This document shows, piece after piece, positions 26,963-39,223 of a stretch of 64,000 nucleotides of DNA. The notes beneath the pieces were generated by a model. It did no database searches. It saw only the letters and a program-made list of their open reading frames with translations, and was not told where the DNA came from. Numbering within the stretch: position 1 is the first letter of the stretch; every line of letters begins with the position of its first letter. Source of the stretch: the human T2T-CHM13v2.0 reference genome, Homo sapiens; the NCBI RefSeq assembly GCF_009914755.1, contig NC_060935.1; one strand, written 5' to 3'. Position numbers and translations under genes: made by a program.

Positions 26963-27992
26963 ATGGAGCACTAGGCTTGGCACAAAGCCATGATGGTAAC
27001 ATGGTGACAACAGCAGTGGTGATACTCACAGCTGCCATTTATCTAGCATTTATTATGTGCCAGGGTTGGTTGTAAATGGCAGTAAAAGGCAGAGCCAGAA
27101 ATCTACAGGTTCCAAGGAATGATATACACCCAGTTTCTAGCAGTCTTCCTTTTCTTCTTTCCCAAATGAGGGAAAATGATGACCTCTATCTTTGCCTTAT
27201 GTGTTAGCTGTATACGACTCTGATAACAACAACAATAATAATAATAATAATGGTAGTGATAATAAAGTAGTATAAAATGAAAGTAATAATGTAAACATGC
27301 CCCCATATACTGCCTAATTATAGTAATATATAATTATATAGTAATATGTACTTGTAATATAACTAATATCTACAGTAGATAATTACCCTCTGTAGATATT
27401 TAACAAAGCTTCATCTGTTGCAAGTCATTCAACAAGTATTTATTGAGTGCTAGTAAATACATGATTTTCTGCTATCTGAGATCAAGCGATAAACAGTCAC
27501 AGTCCCTGCCCTTATGTATTTTTGTTGTTTTGTTGCTGTTTTTCCATAAGGAGAGGTATTATGTTTTGTGTATAGAGCGGTTCAGACAATCATAATGCTT
27601 GATTCCAAATCAGAAGACCCAGATGCTAGTTTTTGGTTTGATAGCCAGTCACTTTAATTTCTTAGTGTCATCTACACTACATCATGAACAAATAAGGCGT
27701 TAGACTAGATTTTTACGAGCTCTGCCAGCTGTAACATTTCATTATTTGGTTTAGAGTCTGTGACATCCAGTGTTGGGAGGGCAATTTGGCTGACTGGATA
27801 TAAAAGGGCAGCCTTTAGTTTTGCCTACAACTTCACCATTATTTGGTCTATCAAGTCTTTTTCATCTTGTTTAATGGTAGTCAAATCTTCAGAAACCTGG
27901 CTTTTTATATCTAAACTAATATAAAAATGATAATGGTAAGAAATCTAATTTAGTTATCTTTTTTTTTTCTGGAAAAGGAAACCATCAACAAC

Positions 27993-27993
<1 letters not shown>

Positions 27994-28041
<48 letters not shown>
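27994..28041 (+). repeat. Pure (AC)n microsatellite, about 24 units
   Basis: Uninterrupted acacac tract. Confidence 0.97.
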
Positions 28042-28042
<1 letters not shown>

Positions 28043-29126
28043 ACATGATTGCTTGCTTGCTTAGGGAGGAATCAGAGCTTCAAAAGTGAGCTGATTCCAG
28101 CCACCAGCTGTCATCATATGAGGAGCTCTTGTGAGTTGATCGCCCATGAAAGAGGTAAGTTATCCTTTCTCTTCACTAATCTACATCTGTAGTATATTCA
28201 ATACTTACCCATCCTTTATCCTTTACCGTGTGGTTTTCCATGGCTTCATGAAATGCTTTAGCCAGACAGGTCAAGGTTTAAAGGTGGTTTTCTTTGTTTT
28301 GTTTCATTTCGTTTGCAATGAAAGTTAATTGCTAATTGAAAGTTAATTGATTTTTCTAGGAATGAGCCTCTAAACATGGCCACAGCTCAGTGATACTGAC
28401 CAACCAGACATACCTTTGCTGGACCTATGCAAACATGAAACAGGTAAAGAGAAGTGAGTATGTGGCATTCATCAGAGAAATAAGACCAATGCGAATTTTG
28501 TAAGCAGTATACAGGCTTGTCGAACATGATTACTTGGAAAATTACTAACTAAACCTTTTTTTAGCCTTTTCACATTCAGTTAAGATTTCATGAAGAGTTG
28601 TAAGAGAAAAGCTTTTCCAGACCCAGCCATGAGTACTCTGCTTTACTCAGAAGAACCACAAACTTTGAACAGCTTGATAATCCAGCATTTCTGAAACTTT
28701 TCTTTGCATGTGTGTCACTGAGGTATCTTATTAAAGCACATATTCTAATTCTTTGGTCTGAGATGGGGACTAAGATTCTGCATTTCTAACAACTTCCAAG
28801 TGATGCTAATGTGTTCCTGATGCTGGGACCCTATTTTAAGTAGCAAAGGTCTTGTTGGAATCAACCCAACCAATGGAAGGCAAACAATCACAATTCTTGA
28901 CTGTGAGTTTTGGACAATGATTGTCTATGTTCAGATGGAATTTTATGAAGCTAAACGTTACCTTTGGCCTGTATAGTGAGTATACTACAACTCAAGTGGA
29001 GGGGTGTGTGTTCATATTTTCTCTCAAAAACAAAGCTGAAAAGCCAATGGGCACATGGGCAGCAAGGAGAAGGATGCTAGAATAAAATCTTATTGCAAAA
29101 AGGTGGAGATCAATAATCTGCAGCTA

Positions 29127-29495
29127 TTTCTTTTTCTTTCTTTCTTTTTTTTTTCTGAGACAAGGTTTCACTCTGTCACCTAGACTGGAGTGCACTGGCG
29201 CAATCATCACTCACCACAGCCTCGAACTCCTGGGCTCAAGTGATCCTCTTACATCACCCTCCCAAGTATCTGGACTACAGGCTTCATGAAATACTTTAGC
29301 CAGACAGGTCAGGGTTTAAAGGTGCGCCACTACAGGCAAGCACCACTATACCCAGCTAATTTTTAAAATTTTTTTTAAAGAGACACAGGTCTCACTTTGT
29401 GCCCAGGCTGGTCTCAAACTCCTGGCCTCAAGCAATCCTCCTACCTCGGCCTCCCAAAGTGCTGGGATTACAGGCATGAGCCATGGCCCCTAGCC
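29127..29495 (-). mobile_element. Alu (AluJ) with a non-Alu internal insertion
   Basis: Alu reverse complement interrupted at about 29283-29328. Confidence 0.92.
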
Positions 29496-30722
29496 CTATT
29501 TCTAATGTATGAATAACCTGTTCTCAAGTTATCTTAAGAAATAAAGTATTTCTTTTTTGAAATAAATAAAAAGTAGCTATACAGACCACATTAAAATGAA
29601 TTACTTTCACTTGAATTAATGGTAGGAAAATTTAGGATAACAAATAAATAAGGAACAATCAGAAAAGAGCTATTTCTCTTGAAGATGGGATTCACTCATT
29701 CAACAATTTATTGAGCCCTTTGCAAAGGGGCCAGGTGCTGTGCTGGGTGCTGGAGATACAGAGGCAGCCCCCTCTGTCAAAGTCTCACATTCATTTGGGG
29801 GATAGTGACTCAAAACAATTCTTAAAATAAATTAAACTGTGATCTCTGAAGGAGAAATGGAGCATTTTGAGAACATTTGAACTGGAGTGTTGACTTGATT
29901 GGGATGTGAAGGAAGGCCTCCCCAAAAAGTGATGTATGAGGTGAGAGCTGAGGGATGCTGGAATTAAGCAGGGGTATGAGGCACAGAAGGTTAGAAGGAG
30001 CTTGGGCCATGTGTGGGGTCGTCCAAATATCCTATACATAGTCTCCCCTGATCTGGGGCCTGACAGAGCGAGTCTTGGCATAATTAATGCTGATGCTGGA
30101 GACTGCCCAGCCTGGTGTCACCCATAGAAACAGACACACTCCCTGTGGTCCTTGTGGGCCACTGTGCACTGGGGAGCTATCCAGCCTACTCCTTACTTCC
30201 ACTCCCCCGAATCTTGTCCTTAAGCTGCAGCCTATGAGACATACCTGCTTTTTAAATTCATTTTTCTTATAAGTAACATATAGATTGTATTATGATGATA
30301 AAATGATACTTTGAACACATTCTCTTATATTATGTTTAAGAAATGAGCTCCCCAGTTTTTGCTGACTTCCAACCAGGTTTGGGAAACTCTACCCCATGTG
30401 GAACGGGCAGGAGTTTGGAGAGTGTGGAATCGGTTAAATCTCTGTGGCCCTTGACAGACTTTGTCCAGGAACACATTTGGTGTTCAGAATAGTGAGCAGC
30501 ACTCACTGAGGCTCAGAGAAATGAGCTTGCCCAATGTCATGGCGACTGGTGAATAGTGATAAACCTAGCACTGGGTACTCATTTTTCCAGGTACTTAACA
30601 TCTCATTATCTCAAGTGTCCTGCTTGGCTTTGCTGTCTCAGAAGCTCCCCCAAGCCTGTCACCTTCTGAATTCCCCTTACACCCAGCCTGTGGATCCAGA
30701 GGGGGCTTTTTCATGCCTAACA

Positions 30723-31231
30723 TGTTACCGAAACACAAGGGGTTCGGCTTAGGTCCTGCTGCTCACGGCACAGAAAGCCAATCTGACCCAACAATTATTG
30801 CCAAAGAAGTAGGCTTTAATTGGGTGCTGCAGCTGAGGAGATGGGAGGTCAGCCTCAAATCATCTCCCTGGGAGAGGAGTCTCAAATTCATCTCCCTGAC
30901 CAGCTAAAATTAGGGGTTTATACAGCAGGGAAGGAATGTAACTGTGTGAGAAAACAGGAACTCGGGAAGGGTCAGGAAGCAATCATGATGAATGAGGGGC
31001 CTGGAGTTTCTAGTCTGGATGCAATGATCTGGTGAGTTTCAGATCTTTGATACTTTTTTTTTTTTTTGGAGAGGCCTGGTTGTCCTTTCCTGGAGAAAGA
31101 AACTCTGAAATTCTGATAAAAACAAATGTAAGTTTCAAGCTTTAAGGTCATAAGGGTCAATTTCTATGTTTATCCAAAACAAAAAACAAAAAACACCCAA
31201 AACTGTCGATGGGACTATTGGGTTGGTTTCA
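30723..31231 (-). mobile_element. ERV1 (MER4-group) solo LTR, MER66-like
   Basis: TGTTACCGAAACAC...ggtcctgctgctc...ctttaattgggtgctgcag...gggactattgggttggtttCA. Confidence 0.75.
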
Positions 31232-31472
31232 AAGTCAGATATTACTGCCCCCCGGACTCAGTCTCTTTATTTATTATAAATAATATAAACTTTATTGTAG
31301 GGGACAGTGGGGAAAGGGAATACTCACGAGTCTGCGAATCCTTGGGTCATGGAGAAGCCAGGTAGTGTTCTTCTCTTCCTTTCTTTTTCTCTTTTCATCC
31401 TTATTCATTGGGTACATTTTTCCTGCCCCACGGCAAGACCCTAAGATGTGGAACTGCCTGAAGTGAGCAATC

Positions 31473-31491
31473 TGACCACCAGGGGGCAGCA
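31473..31491 (+). promoter_or_regulatory. CTCF core motif
   Basis: TGACCACCAGGGGGCAGCA matches the CTCF consensus CCASYAGRKGGCRS. Confidence 0.75.
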
Positions 31492-33170
31492 TGAGTCCAT
31501 CGCTTTGTCTGAAAACAGACAGGTCCTAGTCAGCGGCCCTCCCCTCCAAGCAAGCTGAGTCTGCACGTTGGAGTCATCTGATGAGCTTTTAGAAAACTGC
31601 AGGTGGGTGGGCTCACTTCAATTGCCATCTCCTGTCTTCGGGAGTGGGGCGTGGACATCGCCATTATTTAAAAGTTCCTCAGGTGAGTCTGATGCACAAC
31701 GTTGAAAACCACTCGGAGAGGACTGAATCTGTGAAAACTGTAAAGGCTTCTAGGAATCAGCCAGCCCAGCCCATGTGTTTCCATTTTGCAGCTTCAGGAG
31801 CTGAGGCCCAGAGATAGAAACAGTAGGCTTAGGGGTACTTGGAAGACAGCACCAGAACCCAGGACCCTAACATTCGGCCCAGTTCTCCTTCTTCTCTGTA
31901 GCACGTGGTCGTCCATATTTCGGCTGGGCCTGGGCATCAGAGGACACCAGGGACCACTCCTCCCCTCCCCTCCGAGAGCAGAGTGGTGCAGTCCCTCCTG
32001 GCTTAAGGAGCTCCTCACTGACAGGAGAATTCAGAACTGGCCTGCAGAAATCAACTGGAGAACCTCCCAACCACGTGTGCATGAGGTTCAATGCCCGTGC
32101 GTTTCAGGAGACGTGAGGATGGGGAGAGTGAGGTAGTGAGGACAGCCACAGTCCAGTCAAGGAGGGCTTCCTGGAGATGAGGCAGGAGGAGGAGATTGGT
32201 TGGATTTCAATGACCCATGAACGGTGGGGGCCACATTTCAAACCAAACCAGAGGATCAGGAGAAGTAATGGGTGTTCATGGGGCCACAGGTACGAGTGGG
32301 GGAAGGTGAGGGCCAGACAGCAGAGGAAGTTAACACTGTGGAGACGGAAGAGGGCACAACACCAGAGTACAGACCTTGACTCCCAGACAGAGGATTCAAG
32401 GCCCTTTATGGAATCTTCTAGATCTCGGCCTGGATGCCTGAAGAAGCACGAGAGGTGTCTGAGCCTGGGAGGGACGCCTGTGAGCTGGGCCTTAGAAAGA
32501 CACCCCTGGGGGCAGCCAGACTGGAGGCCCAGAGGGAGGCAGCACCCGGGGCTACTTTAGGATCATGCTTTCCAGATCCTCCCAACACAGAAAAGAGGTG
32601 GCTTTTGGAAGGTGTCCAGAGGTATTTGTGGAGTAGAATGGAATACTGAAGTAGAAGAATGCCCTTAACGGTGGGCTGTGGAGGAGGACAGGGCCAGAGA
32701 AAAGATTGGGAATAGAAGTTTGGTGAGCAGCAGGGACTCCATACTGGGGGCGTTTCTAGGTCTGACAGTTTCGGGGAACATCACGACCCCACGGGATAGT
32801 GGTGTTCAGAGTGAAGAGACATCCCTCTCTCTTCTCCTCTTTCTCCAGGCAGGACATTCTTGGGGAGCCCCAAAAACCCCGACCTGAGAAAGCTCTAGAA
32901 GCACAGCATTAGCTCACCACCCACCCCGTACGTCTTGAGTGCTTTGCGATACCACAGGGTTGTCTGTGACACGTCCAGCCCAGCACTGCCCTGCTCTGCC
33001 TGCCTGTCTTTGGGAGGATGGATCTGAGGTTCATGAACACTCCACTTCTCCTCTTGTAGGATTCTCTCCAGTAAAGCCTCCCCTGCATTTTATACCACAT
33101 GGTACCGGAGAGGGTTGCCTTTGTCCTTTTTCCATGACACCTGGCCACCACACAGGCACATCATTTTCCC

Positions 33171-33270
33171 AATGCTGGGTGTTCTTGGAAGAGGCCTTGT
33201 TCCCTAATACTGAGTGTTTTTGGAAGAGTCCTTGTTCCTGATGCTGGGCATTTCTGGAAGAGGCCTTTTT
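33171..33270 (+). repeat. Degenerate tandem repeat, about 35 bp x 3
   Basis: aatgctgggtgttcttggaagaggccttgttccct / aatactgagtgtttttggaagagtccttgttcct / gatgctgggcatttctggaagaggcctttt. Confidence 0.85.
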
Positions 33271-35699
33271 CACTGGGGCCTCCCTAAGCATGGGTGGGTA
33301 ATAATTTGTTCCTAAACATCCTGGCAGGTCCCAGCGTTTTTATATGGTTGGTATGGGGAGAAATGAGAGTAGGTAATGGATGCTAGCCTCTGTCTGCAAG
33401 GCGATACACACTTTTCAAAGCATCATGTCCACTCTCTTTTGTGGTTCACCACAGCCTTCTGAAGTAAAGAGGAAACAGCTGGCAGGGATGATCCCATCTA
33501 CCTGCCCAGCCAATCCAGCAGAGAAAGGTGTCCCTTTCCCCTAAGGAAGCACTGAGCGGGCATACTGGTTCCTCTTTTGGAGCATGCCCAGAAGAGGAGC
33601 TGGAGTCCCAGAACCATTAGGCATGAGAGAGTTACTCCAATAAAGGGCAAAGTTTTTGGATGTTTTGTATTGTATTTCTCAATGCTTTTTATTGGGCTTC
33701 TAAACACTTTACATTGTTCTTAGAGAAAAAAACTATAAAATCATCAAGAACAGGTGCAATAATAAAAGCAATAATGATAATGTGGGTAGCTATTCCTTCT
33801 CATATATTCGCCCTTTGCCAGGCCTGGTTCTAAGTGACAGTAAAAGGCCAGGCCAGAATTCCAGCTCAGATCTTATTCCTTACTTTTTATCACCTCACCT
33901 GTAAGGTTTTAACAGGTGTAGGATTTCAGCAATAAGAATAATTTGATGTTAAACAAAGAATTCATGACATAGAAGGACAAAAAAAAAATCCTATCCTTTT
34001 CCCCTAGGACTAAGGTGACCGCCATGATGAAAGACCAGATTCTCATGAAGAAACCGTTTGTGAAGGATTTTGATCAGGCAACATGGGCATGCAGGTTTAA
34101 ACACAGCCCCCAGCCTTCCATGCCTGGCAAGCCACTTTCTCCTATGTTCATGCATGTCTAGATTTCTCAATGAAAAACGTAGTTGAACTCATGAAAGCCT
34201 ATCTTTAAAAAATATTAAATAGCTAATCTTATAAACCCCTATACACAGTGTCAGTTCACTTTTTTCATAAAACATGCCTAGTGGAATGGCAACAACTGGG
34301 AAAAATTCAGAGCTCAGCATTTATGTATTGAAAATATCTCTTAAGTGGCTATAGGTGTTGGTTTATAAACTCCAGAAATAATTTATAAATAATTGTTTAT
34401 ATTTGCTTATATTAATACTTGTTTATAAACTCGATATTTTCATGTATTTATTTTTTAAGCTTTTTTGTTAAACATGTAAATGTGAATATTTGCAAATCTT
34501 CAATATGATTATGTTTGGGCCATCACCATCCAGTTCAAGATTTAGAACATTTCCAACACTTCCAAAGGTGCCCCTTCCCGTTCCATTCCATGCCCCCCGC
34601 CCAAGAGAACCACTGTTCTGACCTCTATTCCCACAGATTAGTTTAGCATATTCTTGAGCATATAAATGGAACCACACAGTATGTCATTTCTTGTGATAAG
34701 ATTCTGTTGCTCTACATCATGACAGGGATTAATCCATACTGAGTATAATACAGTCATAAAACAGAATGCAGTACTGCAGGGGAAATGAATGAACTGCAGT
34801 TCTATACATCAATACAGACACAATCTCAAACATATAATATAGACATGAAAAATGATAGTTGCATAAAGTAAAAGTGAGGCAAGAGAAAAAGATAAACGTC
34901 TTTTAGGAATGAATTCCTGCGTAGTAAAACAATAAAAAAAAACACATGGAAACATTTAACACAACTTCTAGAGTGATGGATACATCCGCAGGGCAGGAGG
35001 GAGGAGGATGTTCACTTTATAATTTTTTGAACTGAGCACATTACATTGTTATGTTGGTATATGTATGTATTATATATTTCACAGGAAAACAAATGAAAAA
35101 ATAGTGCACAGGAAATGAGAAAGCAGGGAAAGTTAAGTACAGACACTTCCTCTGAGACATCATCTTTTTTGTCATAACCGCTTATACCTTTATGTCAGTA
35201 AGTTTACCTTCAGTAAGTTCCTCTGGCTGCAGATGTAGTTTCAAATGACAGCAGCATCAGCATTCCTATGGTCAACTATTTAATCTTTAACTGCATTTAG
35301 GTTTGACTCAGATTTCACCTCCACCCTTCTCACTTTTCATTTTGATTACCTGTTTATAGAATGCCACGTGAGTTTATCACTGGAAGACGGGGAGGTAACA
35401 CAGCAACATATTTTGCTGTCTGTGTGTGAACTGAGTAAGAGTTGTGCAGTAAGAGGTCAGAGAGGCTTTGAAAGAAGTGTCATGGTTGGTCACTGATCGT
35501 GATGCACATCTGTCACTTATATAGTGACTTTTGGACTGAGGAGCCAGCAGTGAAATTTGCACTTTATGCGACTACTTACAGTTAATATGCCTTGATAACT
35601 GAGATTTGAGATTTGAACTGTATTTTTGGGTCACCCTCGTGTTATTTATTTAACCCATGGTGACTGAAATTTGTACATATTGGAACAATGCAAATTGAA

Positions 35700-35910
35700 G
35701 ACTGTATGTATGTATGTATGTGTATTTATATATAACATATGTATATATTATTTAGATATATTATGTATATAATTATGTACTGTGTATACATACACACACT
35801 AAATATATATATACACATATATACATATATACACATATACATACACATATATACATATATACACATATATACGTATATATATATATATCACATATATATA
35901 TCTCACACAC
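35700..35910 (+). repeat. (TA)/(CATATA)-type low-complexity repeat
   Basis: atatatacacatatatacatatatacac... Confidence 0.9.
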
Positions 35911-36576
35911 AAATACATCATGGTCAACTAGAATTAATTCCAGGAATCCAAGGTTGGCTTAATATTCAAAAATCAATCAATGTAATTCATTATACTTTTT
36001 TAAAAAAGAAAAACCATATAATAATCTAAATATATACAGAAAAATATTTGACAAAATTTAATACCCATTGATGATAAAAAAAAAATCTCAGCAGACTTGG
36101 AATTTAAGGGAACTTCCTCAGCCTTTGCCTTATCAGGGGCATGTATGAAAAACCTACAGCATCATACTTAATGGTATGATATACTATATTTAGATATACT
36201 ATATATTATATATATAAAATTTACTGGATACATATATATACACACTAAATATACATATATACATAACACTGAATACTGAGTACTTTCTGAATACTGAATA
36301 ACTGAATACCTTCTCCTTACTAATGGAAACAAGTGGAGGATGTCTGGTCTCACTAGTTTCATTTAACATTGTGTTGGAGGTCTCAGCAAGTGCAAAATGG
36401 CATATAGATAGGAAAAGAAGGAAACAAATTTTATTGGCTCATGACATGGTCATATTTATAGAAAATCATAAGGAATCTTTTTTAAAATCTCCTGGACTAT
36501 TAAGTAAATTTAGCTAAGTCACAAAACACAAGATCACTATACAAAAATTGGTAATACTTTTATATACCAGCAATGA

Positions 36577-36914
<338 letters not shown>

Positions 36915-37804
36915 TAACAGCACCCAAAACTATGAAATATATTCAGTGAAATTTTAATGAAATATGTGCAAACATGTACACCAAAAACTATAACATAATG
37001 TTGAAGGAAAATGGAGATATATACTGGATTTATGAATCGGAAAATTCAATATCATTAAATGGCATTTCTTCCCCAATTGAGTTATGTATTCTGTGCAAAC
37101 CTAGCAGGCTTGTTTTCTTTTAGAAGTTGGCAAGCTGAAATTTATATAAAATATGACCTTTGTGCCATAGAATAGCTCAAACAATTTTGGAAAAGAACAA
37201 AAAGCTGAAGGATATAATTTATTGAAAGACTTAATATAAACATGGAGCAATCACATAATTATTGTAGATATAAGTAGAGAAATGTAAACTAATACAACAA
37301 TAAAGCATCTAGAATTAGATCCACTTATGTATGGTCAATTTATTTTTTTCAGTTAAGGTGCCAACAGGGGAAATGGTGTTTTCAACCGATAGTGTGGTAA
37401 AAATGGGATATCAATTTGGGGGGAAAATTGAATCTCAACTCTTATCTCACGTCATACAGAAAAGTTGACTTAAAATGGGTCATAGAACTAAATATAAGGC
37501 TAAGGTTATCAAACTTCTAGAAGAAAATATAGGAGAAAATATTGTAGCCTTTGGATAGGCAAATGTTTCTTGTATAAGAATAAGAAGCATGAACCATACA
37601 AAAAAAAAGTTGAGAAGTTAGACTTCATTTAAATCAAACATTTCTCTTCTCCCAACACTCCATTAAGAAAATGAAATGGCAAGTTATGGCCTGGGAGAAA
37701 ATATTTGCAATATGTACATCTGCATAGGGCTTGTACCTAGAATTTATAAAGTACTCATCCAACTCAGTAAGAAGACAAACCACCCAATACAAAAATGGGC
37801 ATGA

Positions 37805-38110
37805 TAAGAAGAATTTTAAGCTCTTGAAGCAGAAGAGAAGCTCTCCTGTTGGCCTGGAAACGAGCCACCATGAGTTCTATAGCGGCAGAGAAATGAATTC
37901 TGCAGACAACCACCTGTGCTTGGAAGAAGACCTGAGTCTCAGATCACACTGTAGCCCAGGCTGACACCTTGATTGCAGCCTTGTGAGACTTGGAGCGGAA
38001 GAGCCAGCTGAGCCACGGCTTGCCTATGGAAACTGAGAGACAGTAAGTGGACTTTAGTTTTTGGTTTAGGCTGACAAATGTGTGGTGATATGTAGAAAAC
38101 TATAACAATA
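37805..38110 (+). mobile_element. MaLR LTR fragment (MLT1-type)
   Basis: aaatgaattctgcagacaacc...ggctgacaccttgattgcagccttgtgagac...tagaaaact. Confidence 0.7.
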
Positions 38111-39175
38111 CAATAAGCAAAAGATATGCATATACTTCATAAAACAAGATATATGGATAGCCAATAAACACAAGAGGTTCAACATCAGTCACCAGAGAAA
38201 TGCAAATTAAAACCAAAATGAAAATACCTCCACACACAAACACAAAATAGAAGGGCTAACGTTAGGGGGAAAAACCTGACAATACCAAGTGTGGTATCTG
38301 GAATTCTCATAGACTGCCATTGAAATGTAAAGTGGTACCACCACTTTGAAGAAGTTTGGAAGTTTCTCATAAAATTATACATATCACATAGCTCAGTTAT
38401 TCCACTTGTATTTACTCGAGAGAAATGGTAACATATGTCCACACAAAGACTCATCGATGAATGTTCACTGCACTTTTTATTCATAATAGCCAAAAAGTAG
38501 AAACCACACAATTGTACACCAATAGGCAAATGAATAAACAAACTGTGCTGTATCCATACAAGGGAATACTACTCAGTGATGGGAAACCTTTGGAGGGTGA
38601 TGGGAATTTATATAATGTGATGGCTATGGTGGTGACTCCACAGGTGTATACATTTGTCAAACTCATCTAACTTCACATCTTAAATGGGTGCATTTTATAC
38701 ACAAATTATACCTCTGTCGAGTTGACTTTTAAAAGTTCACCATCCCAGGATGATTTGCTCAGAAATGATCCCACAGAGAGGGAAAAACTAATGATGCAGG
38801 TGGATAGAGGTCAATTGCAGGAGGGATGTCCTTGAATAGGAAGTAGGGTGGGGTCCAGTGCTTAAGAGGAAGAATGGCTACTAATAAAATCTGGGGTAGT
38901 TTACATGTTTTCTCAGCTAAACAGGAAGCAATGTAGTGGCTGAGAGTAAGGAGAGTCAGGGCTGTTGGAGGTATGAGAAGAGATAAAAAGGTGTGAAAGT
39001 CATTTTAGAGAGTGGAGAGGAAAAATCGTCCCTAGGTCTGCCACCCACTCCTTCCCGCTCTCTGACACACCCCATTCACCTTGGAACTCTTGATCTCACA
39101 TTCCTTTTCCCCATCACTGTTTTATTTGAGCAGCATGAAGAGGCAGCAGTGTCTGCTTAGAACCTTAGACTTGGT

Positions 39176-39223
39176 ACCTTAGATTGTTACAACCTTAGAT
39201 TGTAACAACCTTAGATTGTTACA
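39176..39223 (+). repeat. 16-bp tandem repeat x 3
   Basis: accttagattgttaca accttagattgtaaca accttagattgttaca. Confidence 0.92.

Noticed and set aside
33171-33270. CRISPR-like array of ~35-bp units
   Set aside because: Head-to-tail degenerate repeats with no spacers, no cas genes and a primate context.
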